NCBI GenBank assembly: GCA_038887515.1
Contig: JAWAKK010000001.1
Coordinates: 352,001 to 416,000, forward strand
DNA: 64,000 nt
Reading direction: 5' to 3'
Origin: Candidatus Nezhaarchaeales archaeon
GTDB taxonomy: Archaea > Thermoproteota > Methanomethylicia > Nezhaarchaeales > WYZ-LMO8
The notes beneath the pieces were generated by a model. It ran no database searches and was not told the DNA's origin. It worked only from the letters and a program-made list of their open reading frames with translations. Shown here one piece after another: positions 10,178 to 19,747 of this stretch. Each line of letters begins with the position of its first letter. The first letter of the stretch is position 1. Made by a program: the position numbers and the translations under genes.

Positions 10178-10693
10178 ATGAGTAAGAAGCCAAGAAACAT
10201 CAGGAAAGCTGTGAGCCCGGTCATCGCGACCATAATTATCGTCGCAGTGGCCATAGTTATGAGCATAGCAGCAGCATACTGGGTAATGGGTCTTACAGCT
10301 GGCTTTACTAGATATGAAAAGCTAGAGTTTGTAAGTGCATATCCAATTAAAGATGGGAAGTGCTTTAACATAAGCATCACTGTAAAGAACACGGGGACTT
10401 CGCCAGCGACGATAACCAAGTTCCTTCTAAATGGTGTCCCAGACGACATTATACTTGCGGAAAATGATCATGAAAAATTCAAAATATACTACTACAATGG
10501 CACAAAATTCGAAGAATTCAAAGTGGGCAATAATGAGATTACAATAAACCCCGGCGAGTCCGAACATCTTAAAATATCAATAAGCGATGGAGCAAAGATT
10601 GGTGCTGGAACAACCACTTCAGGCCTCACTTTAGAGGTGACAATTCAGACTGCGAACGGTTATCAGTATTCAAAGAGCATCGTCTTACCTTAA
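10178..10693 (+). CDS. Type IV pilin, probable major subunit (class III signal peptide)
   Basis: RKA|VSPVIATIIIVAVAIVMSIAAAYW archaeal pilin N-terminus; VKNTG Ig-like domain; strong GGAGGTG RBS. Confidence 0.9.
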   Translation: MSKKPRNIRKAVSPVIATIIIVAVAIVMSIAAAYWVMGLTAGFTRYEKLEFVSAYPIKDGKCFNISITVKNTGTSPATITKFLLNGVPDDIILAENDHEKFKIYYYNGTKFEEFKVGNNEITINPGESEHLKISISDGAKIGAGTTTSGLTLEVTIQTANGYQYSKSIVLP

Positions 10694-10796
10694 GACTGCG
10701 CTAGACAACTTAGCATAAGGTCATTTTTTTATGACTTTTGCATTCTAAACTTTCACAATAATTAATGATTGCTTAAGAAGGTGGGGTAAAAGATCC

Positions 10797-12383
10797 TTGC
10801 CCCTAAAATTTAAGAGGTTTTTTGTAAAGGAGACCGCCCCTCCACATGTAGTCGCAATTTTTTCTAGGCTTCCTACGGAAGCAGAGGTTGTAGAATCCTA
10901 CTTTATTTATCCCCCTTTTGCTAAGGTCATTATAGCGTCTCTGCCCGAACTTGGCGGCGAGAGAGCATACTTCGTAGAGGAAGCCGAGCTATCTAGAGAA
11001 GAGCATCTCATATTTAGTAGATTGATCGAGATTATGAGCGTTGAAGTTGAGCCGCCAAACGAAAACGAAGACCCATACGTACACATAGAACGAGAAGCAA
11101 CTAGGTTAGCTAAAAAGTATGGGTTAACCAAGCGCATTAAGAGGCTTGACGAAGATTCTTGGTTGAAGATTCTATATTACCTTAAGAGGGATCTAATAGG
11201 ATTCGGCCCGCTTCACGTCATAATGTGCGATAAAATGATCGAAGATATATCCGTTAACGGTGTGGACGTACCAATTTACGTTTGGCATAGAAAGTACGAG
11301 GGAATGGCGACCAACGTCAGGATAATCGACGAGAAGACACTTGATGAGCTCCTATTAAAGCTAGCGCATATAGCACAGAAGCACATTTCCACAGCCTTTC
11401 CAGTTCTTGACGCTATGCTTCCAACAAAGGATAGGCTTGCGGCGACCTTTAGGCGTGAAGTCTCGCCTAGAGGAAGTACCTTCTGTATAAGAAGGTTTAG
11501 GGAGGAGCCCTTCTCGATAATAGATCTAATAGAGCTAGGAACTATGGATGAAATGCTCGCAGCGTACTTTTGGCTTATGGTGGAAAACAGGATGACAGCA
11601 ATGGTGATAGGTGGAACTGGGGCTGGAAAGACCACTACACTTAACGTCCTTGTAAGTTTAGTTAAGCCGTCAATGAAGATAGTGACGGTCGAAGAAATAC
11701 CCGAACTCATGCTTCCACACAACAATTGGGTCCAATTGGTCAGTAGAACGAGCTACGGGCTCGGTGCGTCGAGGATAGGTGAAATTGGGCTCTTCGACTT
11801 AGTTAAGTTGTCCTTACGTTACAGGCCAGACTATATTATTGTAGGTGAGGTTAGGGGCGAAGAAGCATTCGTACTGTTCCAAGCGATAGCGACAGGTCAC
11901 GGAGGCTTAACAACGATTCATGCCGAGAACTTAGAGCATGCCATAAAGAGGTTGACGAGCCCGCCAATGAATATATCTGAGAGCTACATACCTTTAGTTA
12001 ACGTCGCTATAGTGCAGGGGAGAGTTCAGTTATTTAGACCGCGAATGGGGTTAACCTTTGGTAGGAGGATTCGCGAAGTCTACGAGGTTGTCGACTACGG
12101 CAAATATGAGTTAATATCTTCGTGGAATCCTCTAGCCGATTCATTCATTCACAACTTTAAGAGGAGCGAGATGCTTAGAAGGATAGCTGCAAAGCATGGC
12201 ATAGGCTTAGAGGACGTCTTAGAAGAGCTTAGTAAAAGAGCTATGCTTCTTCACGAGTTAAAGGTCCGGGGCATAAAGAGCAACGAAGACGTTAGAGCTG
12301 AAGTGACTAAGTATCGCTTGTTGAACCCGTTTCCAGCACTATTTGCACAGCGGGGGTCAGCTAAAGAATGCCATCGTTCGTAG
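10797..12383 (+). CDS. Type IV pilus assembly ATPase (VirB11/ArlI/TadA-like)
   Basis: GGTGAGKTT Walker A, EEIPE Asp box, LRYRPDYIIVGEVRG Walker B, TGHGGLTTIHA His box. Confidence 0.95.
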   Translation: MPLKFKRFFVKETAPPHVVAIFSRLPTEAEVVESYFIYPPFAKVIIASLPELGGERAYFVEEAELSREEHLIFSRLIEIMSVEVEPPNENEDPYVHIEREATRLAKKYGLTKRIKRLDEDSWLKILYYLKRDLIGFGPLHVIMCDKMIEDISVNGVDVPIYVWHRKYEGMATNVRIIDEKTLDELLLKLAHIAQKHISTAFPVLDAMLPTKDRLAATFRREVSPRGSTFCIRRFREEPFSIIDLIELGTMDEMLAAYFWLMVENRMTAMVIGGTGAGKTTTLNVLVSLVKPSMKIVTVEEIPELMLPHNNWVQLVSRTSYGLGASRIGEIGLFDLVKLSLRYRPDYIIVGEVRGEEAFVLFQAIATGHGGLTTIHAENLEHAIKRLTSPPMNISESYIPLVNVAIVQGRVQLFRPRMGLTFGRRIREVYEVVDYGKYELISSWNPLADSFIHNFKRSEMLRRIAAKHGIGLEDVLEELSKRAMLLHELKVRGIKSNEDVRAEVTKYRLLNPFPALFAQRGSAKECHRS

Positions 12384-14119
12384 GCCTAGCGTATCAAGGT
12401 TTCTCCTGGCTATCGAGCATCTTAATGAAACTACTCTACCGTGGAGAACCTTCGAGATTGAAGGGGCTGCTGGAAGTTGCCGGAATAAAGATGTTTCCAG
12501 AAGCCTACCTCTCTATAATTGGCTTTTTGTTGTCAGTGTCTACGATAATCTCAGCGACCCTAACACTCCTTACGGGCTTCTTTCCGGTATTATTTGTACC
12601 AATATCTGTTCTTTTAATCGGTTATATGGTACCAAAGATCAAGGCTAAGGATAGAGCGGCAAAATTGGATATGGAGGCACCATTCATGGCCGCATACGTG
12701 AGCGTCATGGCTACTGGCGGGCTTTCACCATTCTTAAGCTTAAAGAGACTAAAGGACTGTAAACTTCTCCCCAACACCTCTAGTACGGCGAAGCAGATTG
12801 AAGTAGATGTACATTTAAAAGGAATGGATCCTATAGCAGCAATAGAGAAATATGCTGAAAAATCTCAGTCGAAAGAGTATAAGGAATTCCTCTTAGGTTA
12901 CGTTCAGACGTTAAGAGCAGGTGGAGACGTTGTACACTACCTCTTAACGCGTACTGAAATAATGTTTAGGGATCTGGCAGCCAAAATAAAGATATTTGGA
13001 GAAAGGGCAGCGATGCTCTTGGAGTCATACGTTGCTTTAACTATTCTCGGAACTCTCGGCATAAGCATAGTATACCTCACCTCCATAGCATTTCGGGGCT
13101 ACTGGCAATCTGGCTTCACGGCAGAAAACTTCTTACTATATTCTTACGTGATTGTGCCAGCCATCTCGGCGCTATTCATGTATCTATCCGACTTATCTAG
13201 CTTCCAGGAACCCACATATGAAACCACGCCATACAAAATTCTGATGGCATCATTACCCGTAACGGTGTTCCTCGCATTCACGATGTTCCTCCCTTATATA
13301 GTTCTTGAGCTGGAGTCCATACCTCTAGTAAGTCAGTTCAAGGGCTTCTTGAACTCCCTCAGAACGCTATTAGGGCTGGAAAGGGGGTTGGAGCCCGCCC
13401 TAGGGCTTGGAATAGCGTTGATCGCTGGAACTCTTCCAGCGGCAATAGCTCACAGTTACTACGACCGCAGTAGGGGTAAGAGAATAATTAGCGAAGTAAC
13501 GAACTTCATTAGAGATGTAACCGAGATAAGAAAGACGGGGATATCGCCAGAGTCATGTATAATTCAATTGTCATCTAGACCATATGGCGTACTAAATAAG
13601 TACTTAAAAATCGTTGCAAGACAGATCCGATGGGGCCAGCCCATAAGGGTCATATATGAGTCTCTGAAGAGGCGAATAAGATCTTGGTATGCTTTAATGA
13701 ACCTCTACCTCTTAGTCGATGCGATAGAGATTGGTGGAGGAAGCCCAGAGACTCTCGAGACTGTGGCTAAGTTCGGTGAAATCCAAGCATCCCTCGAAAA
13801 GGAGAAGAGATACGCAATTCGTCCACTAGTAGTGATGCCTTACATAGGGGCAATTCTAATGATCTTCTCTACGTTAGTAACCGTCAACTTCATGAACTCT
13901 GCAGTCATGTCAGTAGCACGCATGTCGATACCATTTGCGCAGATGTTGACGATTATAGTTCCAGCTTTGGTCTTTCAATCGTATTTGATGGGGATCGTGA
14001 CGGGGAAGATAGGTTCCGGGAGCATTTCGGCTGGCTTCTGGCATGCAATAACGCTTACATGCATTGCCATTCTTTCAACAGTACTCATGCACGCGCTTGG
14101 TGGAACACTTCAATTCTAG
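12368..14119 (+). CDS. Type IV pilus membrane platform protein (TadC/ArlJ-like, two T2SSF domains)
   Basis: 583 aa multi-TM; MSVMATGG-like and AIEIGGG motifs; directly after the ATPase. Confidence 0.9.
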   Translation: MPSFVGLAYQGFSWLSSILMKLLYRGEPSRLKGLLEVAGIKMFPEAYLSIIGFLLSVSTIISATLTLLTGFFPVLFVPISVLLIGYMVPKIKAKDRAAKLDMEAPFMAAYVSVMATGGLSPFLSLKRLKDCKLLPNTSSTAKQIEVDVHLKGMDPIAAIEKYAEKSQSKEYKEFLLGYVQTLRAGGDVVHYLLTRTEIMFRDLAAKIKIFGERAAMLLESYVALTILGTLGISIVYLTSIAFRGYWQSGFTAENFLLYSYVIVPAISALFMYLSDLSSFQEPTYETTPYKILMASLPVTVFLAFTMFLPYIVLELESIPLVSQFKGFLNSLRTLLGLERGLEPALGLGIALIAGTLPAAIAHSYYDRSRGKRIISEVTNFIRDVTEIRKTGISPESCIIQLSSRPYGVLNKYLKIVARQIRWGQPIRVIYESLKRRIRSWYALMNLYLLVDAIEIGGGSPETLETVAKFGEIQASLEKEKRYAIRPLVVMPYIGAILMIFSTLVTVNFMNSAVMSVARMSIPFAQMLTIIVPALVFQSYLMGIVTGKIGSGSISAGFWHAITLTCIAILSTVLMHALGGTLQF

Positions 14120-14137
14120 CAAAGGTGGTGAGGGTTT

Positions 14138-14905
14138 TTGAATCTGTTGGAAAGACGGAACGTTAAGGAACTTCTAGAAGAAAAAGGTACTTCGCTTGTT
14201 GTATCTTTGGTGATAACATCTGCGACATTGTTAATTGTTGTAGTATCGTCCTCATTTTTTGCAACGAACTTGCTGGAAGTCCAAGTTCAAAATTCGGAGT
14301 TCGAGCAGGCTAAGACTGCAATGCTGCTTCTCGACAGGGTAATAACTGATGTATCCTTGAGACTTGGGGCAGCGAGCTCCATCCCATTCAACCAAAGAAG
14401 TAGTGGAGTAGGTGTGTATAAAGGCGAAACAATGAATATAACAATTTTGTCGGGCTCAAGCGTACTCCTAAATAAGTCCATTAGTTCCTACGTCATTAAG
14501 TATCGTGGAGGAAGGATGGCTTCGGTCGCTGAAACAAATCTGAGAGATCCTGGCGGGTTAATAATCAAAGATCGGTTCAAATCTCTAGGGCGAATCCAAG
14601 TAAAAGTCGAAGAGGGTGCTTGGATAACATTAGACTATAACAGAGTACGGATTGCTGTAAATGAGAACCTTAAAGTCATGGACATTTACTTAATCCGCCT
14701 AGAACCAGGGTCATTCGGCAGTTCCGGAAGTATTATGATTAGAGTTCAAAACAAGGACGTAAAGGTAGAACCAATCTTACTTGGTTGCACAATCGACAAC
14801 CTAAGGGTCCTCGTGACGGTCGGGGACCTCATGGAGTATCAAGATTACTCAAAGGTATCAACGATTAGGATTGTAGAGGTAGTCATAGTAGTATCTATTA
14901 CGTGA
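14138..14905 (+). CDS. Minor pilin-like protein
   Basis: EKG|TSLVVSLVITS class III-like N-terminus; EFEQAKTAML helix; operon context. Confidence 0.7.
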   Translation: MNLLERRNVKELLEEKGTSLVVSLVITSATLLIVVVSSSFFATNLLEVQVQNSEFEQAKTAMLLLDRVITDVSLRLGAASSIPFNQRSSGVGVYKGETMNITILSGSSVLLNKSISSYVIKYRGGRMASVAETNLRDPGGLIIKDRFKSLGRIQVKVEEGAWITLDYNRVRIAVNENLKVMDIYLIRLEPGSFGSSGSIMIRVQNKDVKVEPILLGCTIDNLRVLVTVGDLMEYQDYSKVSTIRIVEVVIVVSIT

Positions 14906-14915
14906 GGTTAAAGTT

Positions 14916-15449
14916 ATGGTTCACGCATCGGTTCAGCACATCATCGGAACCGTCGCTTTACTAGGTCTCATCTCATCTATAGTCTTGGCATTTCAGATGT
15001 TTATTGGCTTTATCGTAGAAGACACCGTTGGAACTCAGCTAAGCCAAATCGCTGAGTACACATCAATGAGCATAGCTAACATCGTTAGCTTAACCGACTT
15101 CACTTTTGGAATGCTTTCTACGACAGAAGCCGTCTCGAAACGGCTAGGGCTTCCAGCGAGTATAAACGGGAAACCCTACAACTTAACAATAATTGAGAAG
15201 GATGAAGGGTATTACGTTCAGGTAAAAATGGTTGGAAGCAACCTCTATGCAGAATCTCCAATTAGTGTAAAGCTAGCACAGAAGTTTAAGGTATTCTCGG
15301 GAGAAGAAGAACTATTGAACGTGTTAGAAGCATCTCAAGTTGAACCTAAGTATTGGGTTTATGGCGGTAGCCAGAATGTGGTTGTCTGGTGCTTAAAGTT
15401 TGGCGACGTAATGTACGTAGGCTTGGGGCTATCTACGAGGAGGCGATGA
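14916..15449 (+). CDS. Pilin-like accessory protein
   Basis: N-terminal hydrophobic helix then QLSQIAEY; LPASINGKPY motif; operon context. Confidence 0.6.
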   Translation: MVHASVQHIIGTVALLGLISSIVLAFQMFIGFIVEDTVGTQLSQIAEYTSMSIANIVSLTDFTFGMLSTTEAVSKRLGLPASINGKPYNLTIIEKDEGYYVQVKMVGSNLYAESPISVKLAQKFKVFSGEEELLNVLEASQVEPKYWVYGGSQNVVVWCLKFGDVMYVGLGLSTRRR

Positions 15450-15453
15450 GCTC

Positions 15454-16491
15454 GTGCAAACATACGAATACATTTTTGCATCGATAATAGTGGTCGCGAT
15501 GCTGATCGCTACAACATCTCTAGCAAGCATAACCCCACAACTTTACATAAGCATGTCCGACGTAGAGCAAATGAAAATGGTTGCCCAAAAATTGATGGTT
15601 CGCCTATTGATGAGCCCTGGAGAGCCGAAGGACTGGGGCGGAAACATCACTATAGAAGCTTCTCGCATATCGTCTTTCGGTCTAGCAACGAATGCGTATT
15701 TTACATGCGATGCATTTACTTTAGACCAAGATAAGGTTCAGAGGTTAAATCAAAGATTGCCGGGCCAATTGTACTTACCGCCCAGAAGGGTGCTAGAACT
15801 ATTGAACATCGACCTAGAGTACGGCTTTAAAATAGAATTCATCCCTGTAATAAGGATAGAAGCTTCCTTAAGATCCTTCAGAGAGTTATTGGTCAATGTC
15901 ACTTCAGAGCAAGGCCTACCGCTTATTCAAGCAAATGTGGTTGCCGGAGCATTTTACGTCAGCAACGGAGAGATAGTAGAAAGTATAGCGACCGGCTTAA
16001 CAGGCCCCCGTGGAAACTGCACGATAAATCTTACCTGTCCTACTCCAGCCCTCTTGATTGTAGCCGTAGACTACTATGGGATCCGAGCAATTAAAGTTAT
16101 TGAAGTGGGAGACCTCCATACTGGCTTCTTCATAGGAAGCTTTTTGATTACCAATGCCTCCCTCAGCGGTGAAGCTTACCAGGTCTCCATAGAGCCTATG
16201 AATGGATCGTTAAGCTTAAGATCCATAAAGAGTCATCTAGCTTTATTCGACGGCTATTGTGTTAGCAACTACAAGTTGTATCGCATGGCTTACACGGAGC
16301 CAAACACCGTGGTGGTTGTAGCGACGGATGAAGACGGCAGATTAATGGCCGCGTGGAAGGGCGTTCCCGAAACGTATGGAACCTCGAGTGGAAGCGTTCT
16401 TTCTCCTTTAGCCTATACACTTGAGAGGAACGTTAAGATTGGGTTTACTGCTTACACGCTTAAGTTGACGGTATGGAGGGTGTCGTGGTGA
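15454..16491 (+). CDS. Pilus-associated minor pilin/adhesin-like protein
   Basis: QTYEYIFASIIV pilin-like N-terminus, PGEPKDWG and FGLA motifs common in archaeal T4P accessory proteins. Confidence 0.65.
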   Translation: MQTYEYIFASIIVVAMLIATTSLASITPQLYISMSDVEQMKMVAQKLMVRLLMSPGEPKDWGGNITIEASRISSFGLATNAYFTCDAFTLDQDKVQRLNQRLPGQLYLPPRRVLELLNIDLEYGFKIEFIPVIRIEASLRSFRELLVNVTSEQGLPLIQANVVAGAFYVSNGEIVESIATGLTGPRGNCTINLTCPTPALLIVAVDYYGIRAIKVIEVGDLHTGFFIGSFLITNASLSGEAYQVSIEPMNGSLSLRSIKSHLALFDGYCVSNYKLYRMAYTEPNTVVVVATDEDGRLMAAWKGVPETYGTSSGSVLSPLAYTLERNVKIGFTAYTLKLTVWRVSW

Positions 16492-16946
16492 AGGATGGCT
16501 CAAGACTTGGACAGATGAGGATACTCGAAGCTGTAGTGGCTTCGATCCTAATATACATAGCTTTTACGGCGGTCTTCTACATGCTCTTCTCCTCGGAAAA
16601 GTCTTTCAAATACGAGGCTGTTGACCTAGGCAGGCTGGCGTATAATGTACTCCACCGTTTAGTGGAGTCTGATGTAATTGAAGGGATCCTTATCGATGCT
16701 CAAGGTAACGGAACAATGCTTATCGCCGTCCTTCAGGGTCTACTGCCTCAAAACGTACTCTTCAACTTAACGATTTATGAGGTAGGTCATGTAGGTTTGT
16801 GGAATAGGGTGCTTATCATTTCCAATGCTCCTAAGGAAGCCTTTGAAGTAACTAACGAAGTTGCTTCAGCAAGTGCACCCTACACGTCGAGGTGGGGAAG
16901 AATGTACTTCTTATGCCTTAGCCTCACGAGAATTGGTGGGTTATGA
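16473..16946 (+). CDS. Minor pilin
   Basis: RLG|QMRILEAVVASILI class III signal with GQ..E. Confidence 0.75.
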   Translation: MEGVVVKDGSRLGQMRILEAVVASILIYIAFTAVFYMLFSSEKSFKYEAVDLGRLAYNVLHRLVESDVIEGILIDAQGNGTMLIAVLQGLLPQNVLFNLTIYEVGHVGLWNRVLIISNAPKEAFEVTNEVASASAPYTSRWGRMYFLCLSLTRIGGL

Positions 16947-16973
16947 GATCGTAGAGTCGATGGAGATTGTAGT

Positions 16974-18245
16974 ATGAAAGGATCGAACAAATCCGGCAAG
17001 ATTATGAGCAATAGAAGAGGGCAAATAATAATTCTAGCAGTAATCGTAATGATGGCTCTAATGCTCTCTTTAACGCATACGATAGTTCAGATAAGTGTAA
17101 CTAGACAAGAAGTAGTTTATGAGCCAATAGATGAAGTGGTCCTTGCTATAACGAGCGACTTTGAAAGGTGTTTGACGAGGGCTCTGGCAAAAGTAACAGA
17201 AGTTTACTACGAGCATAGGAATACATCGTTAGCTGAGAAAGCTGGAATACAACTCATCCAATATTGGCTTAGCTCGGTCTTAGAGCTTTATGAGGGTTTA
17301 AATATATGTGCGGTTTTGAGCGGGAAGAATGATTGTAGAAGCGTTGACTGGATAGTTGATTGGGTAGAACGAGATGGTAAAAGCTATGTTTATACAACTT
17401 TCAGCCTGGATATTGGAGCTTACGGACTCAGCGGACTGGCTCTAACGATTCAGAAATCCTTAGACCTTAGGATCTTAGACGTTAAAATAAACTCGACTCA
17501 AGAAGGTTATGCAGACATAACAGTAATATTTGAAGTTAAGCGTAATAAAAACGGCTTTGTTGAACCCTTGTACGACCTAACGATTAATGACGTTCTGGTA
17601 TCTATCAATGGGAGCATCGTTGATTCAGGGAAAATAACTGGATTTAAGTACTCCGGCCAAGGGGTGTACACCCTCACAGTTAGGTACCATAGCTTAACGA
17701 CATGGAACATAAGTATAACTGTAACTGCAAGTGATGGCGTAAAGGTTGCCGCGTTTTACTCAGATAACCTAAACACAAGCAAGCCACTTCAAAGCTGGCG
17801 CACCTTATACGTATCTCCGGGTAGGGGGAGAGATGATTTCGTCCTTACGTTAATTCCCTCGGACAAGGAAAAGGAAATTAGCCCGATAAATCCTTCTTGG
17901 AGGCTTCGAGAAGGTAATTCAACTGACGTGACGCCGTACATACCTTTAGGTTCGGCAGTGAAGGTTTTATTGTACGCTAGATCCTCTTCAGCAAACGTTG
18001 AACTCAATGTGACCCTCGGCTTCTATGACGAGAACAAAGTTTTTCACTTAATTGGCAGTACGGCAACAACTATACGTAAATCTCCCAATTACCTTGTATA
18101 CGAGCTATCATTAGCCCCCTCTACTACAGCCATACCTAGGGGGGCCACGCTAACCTTGATTTTAAAGCGGAACGATAAGGATCAGGGGGGAGGAACAATT
18201 CACATACTTTGCGGCCCAGAAAAGACTAGGATAATGCTCTGGTAA
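16974..18245 (+). CDS. Large minor pilin / tip adhesin candidate
   Basis: RRG|QIIILAVIVMMAL class III signal; beta-rich C-terminal domains. Confidence 0.7.
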   Translation: MKGSNKSGKIMSNRRGQIIILAVIVMMALMLSLTHTIVQISVTRQEVVYEPIDEVVLAITSDFERCLTRALAKVTEVYYEHRNTSLAEKAGIQLIQYWLSSVLELYEGLNICAVLSGKNDCRSVDWIVDWVERDGKSYVYTTFSLDIGAYGLSGLALTIQKSLDLRILDVKINSTQEGYADITVIFEVKRNKNGFVEPLYDLTINDVLVSINGSIVDSGKITGFKYSGQGVYTLTVRYHSLTTWNISITVTASDGVKVAAFYSDNLNTSKPLQSWRTLYVSPGRGRDDFVLTLIPSDKEKEISPINPSWRLREGNSTDVTPYIPLGSAVKVLLYARSSSANVELNVTLGFYDENKVFHLIGSTATTIRKSPNYLVYELSLAPSTTAIPRGATLTLILKRNDKDQGGGTIHILCGPEKTRIMLW

Positions 18246-18435
18246 CTTAAATAATGTTCAGTTTCCATATTAATGTAGGTTTAACCGATATGTTTCTATG
18301 AAGGGTTACAGAATCTTTGAACATCTTCAGCTGGTGTTAGGGAATTGATGTACAAGCCGTGAACGTGCATTGATAGCCATCTCGTAAGGCTTATTTGAAG
18401 TCTGAAAAATATTATAATTATCAAGGTCGATCCGT

Positions 18436-19713
18436 ATGAAGAGGACCCTGATGGTATTAATGGGAGCACTACTGATGATATCTAGCGTGCTTCTGCTTCC
18501 CACAATAACTGTCGTCAACGCTCAACAGGTAAGGAGCATAGACCCAATAGTTTCTACAGAATGGTTAAGTAAAAACCTCAACCTTCCAGGCTTAGTGATA
18601 GTTGACATTAGAAGCCCAGACGAATACAATGCTGGACACATCCCTGGATCGATAAACATCCCAGCGGGTTTGTGGTATATTAACCCACCATTCGGCGAGA
18701 AGGCTCCGTGGATGGAGCTCCCACCGGATAACCAATTGCTTAAGCTTCTTGCAGACAACGGAATAACGAGCGATTCGCTGGTTGTAATAGTAGGGTCTAC
18801 GAGCGGTCCGCTCGTTCCATTACCCATAGCGCTCTACAACACAGCCACTGCATGTAGAATAGCCATCACCCTATTGTATGCTGGAGTAACAAATGTAGCC
18901 ATCCTAGACGGTGGCTATGACAAGTGGGTCGCCGAAGGAAGGCTAACAACCACTGTACCCACTACACCGACTCCAGTAACTTATTCTGGGACGATGAGGA
19001 AGGAGATGATAGTTTCGAAAGAGTACGTTGCAAACAAAATAGGCAAAGCAGTAATTGTAGATGCTAGAGACCTGATAGTCTATTTGGGCTTCTTCCAGGA
19101 ACCATGGACTGCGAGAGTTGGACACATACCGACTGCTAGGAGCTTCCCGACCCCATGGCTATACAACCTTAAGATGGGCGAGGGCGGAATTGTCGTCTAC
19201 ACGACCTTTATGGACTTGGACTTCATGAGGACCTTAGCTACTAATATCATTGGAGAGGATAAAGACCAAGAGGTAATAATCTACTGCGGTATTGGAGGGT
19301 ATGCGAGCACTATGTACTTCGTGTTGAAGGAGGTCCTAGGCTACAACAATGTTGCCATATATGATGGTAGCGCTCAGGAATGGACTCACGACTTAAGCCT
19401 TCCAGTGGTTTATGAAGGCCTAGGGCAAGAATACATGGGCTTACAAAAGCTCTACACGGACTTATCTGCCGTAGTATCATCCCTACAGAACGATTATACG
19501 AAACTTCAAGGGGAGTACTACGCTCTTCGAGGAGAGCTCTCCAAGCTTAAAGATGAAAATGAGCAATTAAATGCTGAGAAAGTCAAGTTAGAAGCTCAAT
19601 TAGCATCCATGACACCGATGTACTTAACGTTAATATTCGTCGTAACGACCATAATATTCCTCGTGCTAACAATATACTTTGCAGCTAAGCTAAGGAGCTC
19701 AAAGAAAGTTTAA
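18436..19713 (+). CDS. Secreted, C-terminally anchored tandem rhodanese (sulfurtransferase)
   Basis: Signal peptide; VSTEWL, GHIPGS, ILDGG, GHIPTA, active-site YCGIGGYAS, YDGSAQEW; coiled coil and TM helix with basic tail. Confidence 0.85.
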   Translation: MKRTLMVLMGALLMISSVLLLPTITVVNAQQVRSIDPIVSTEWLSKNLNLPGLVIVDIRSPDEYNAGHIPGSINIPAGLWYINPPFGEKAPWMELPPDNQLLKLLADNGITSDSLVVIVGSTSGPLVPLPIALYNTATACRIAITLLYAGVTNVAILDGGYDKWVAEGRLTTTVPTTPTPVTYSGTMRKEMIVSKEYVANKIGKAVIVDARDLIVYLGFFQEPWTARVGHIPTARSFPTPWLYNLKMGEGGIVVYTTFMDLDFMRTLATNIIGEDKDQEVIIYCGIGGYASTMYFVLKEVLGYNNVAIYDGSAQEWTHDLSLPVVYEGLGQEYMGLQKLYTDLSAVVSSLQNDYTKLQGEYYALRGELSKLKDENEQLNAEKVKLEAQLASMTPMYLTLIFVVTTIIFLVLTIYFAAKLRSSKKV

Positions 19714-19747
19714 AACTTAAATATCAAAAATCAACATTCTTTTTTAT

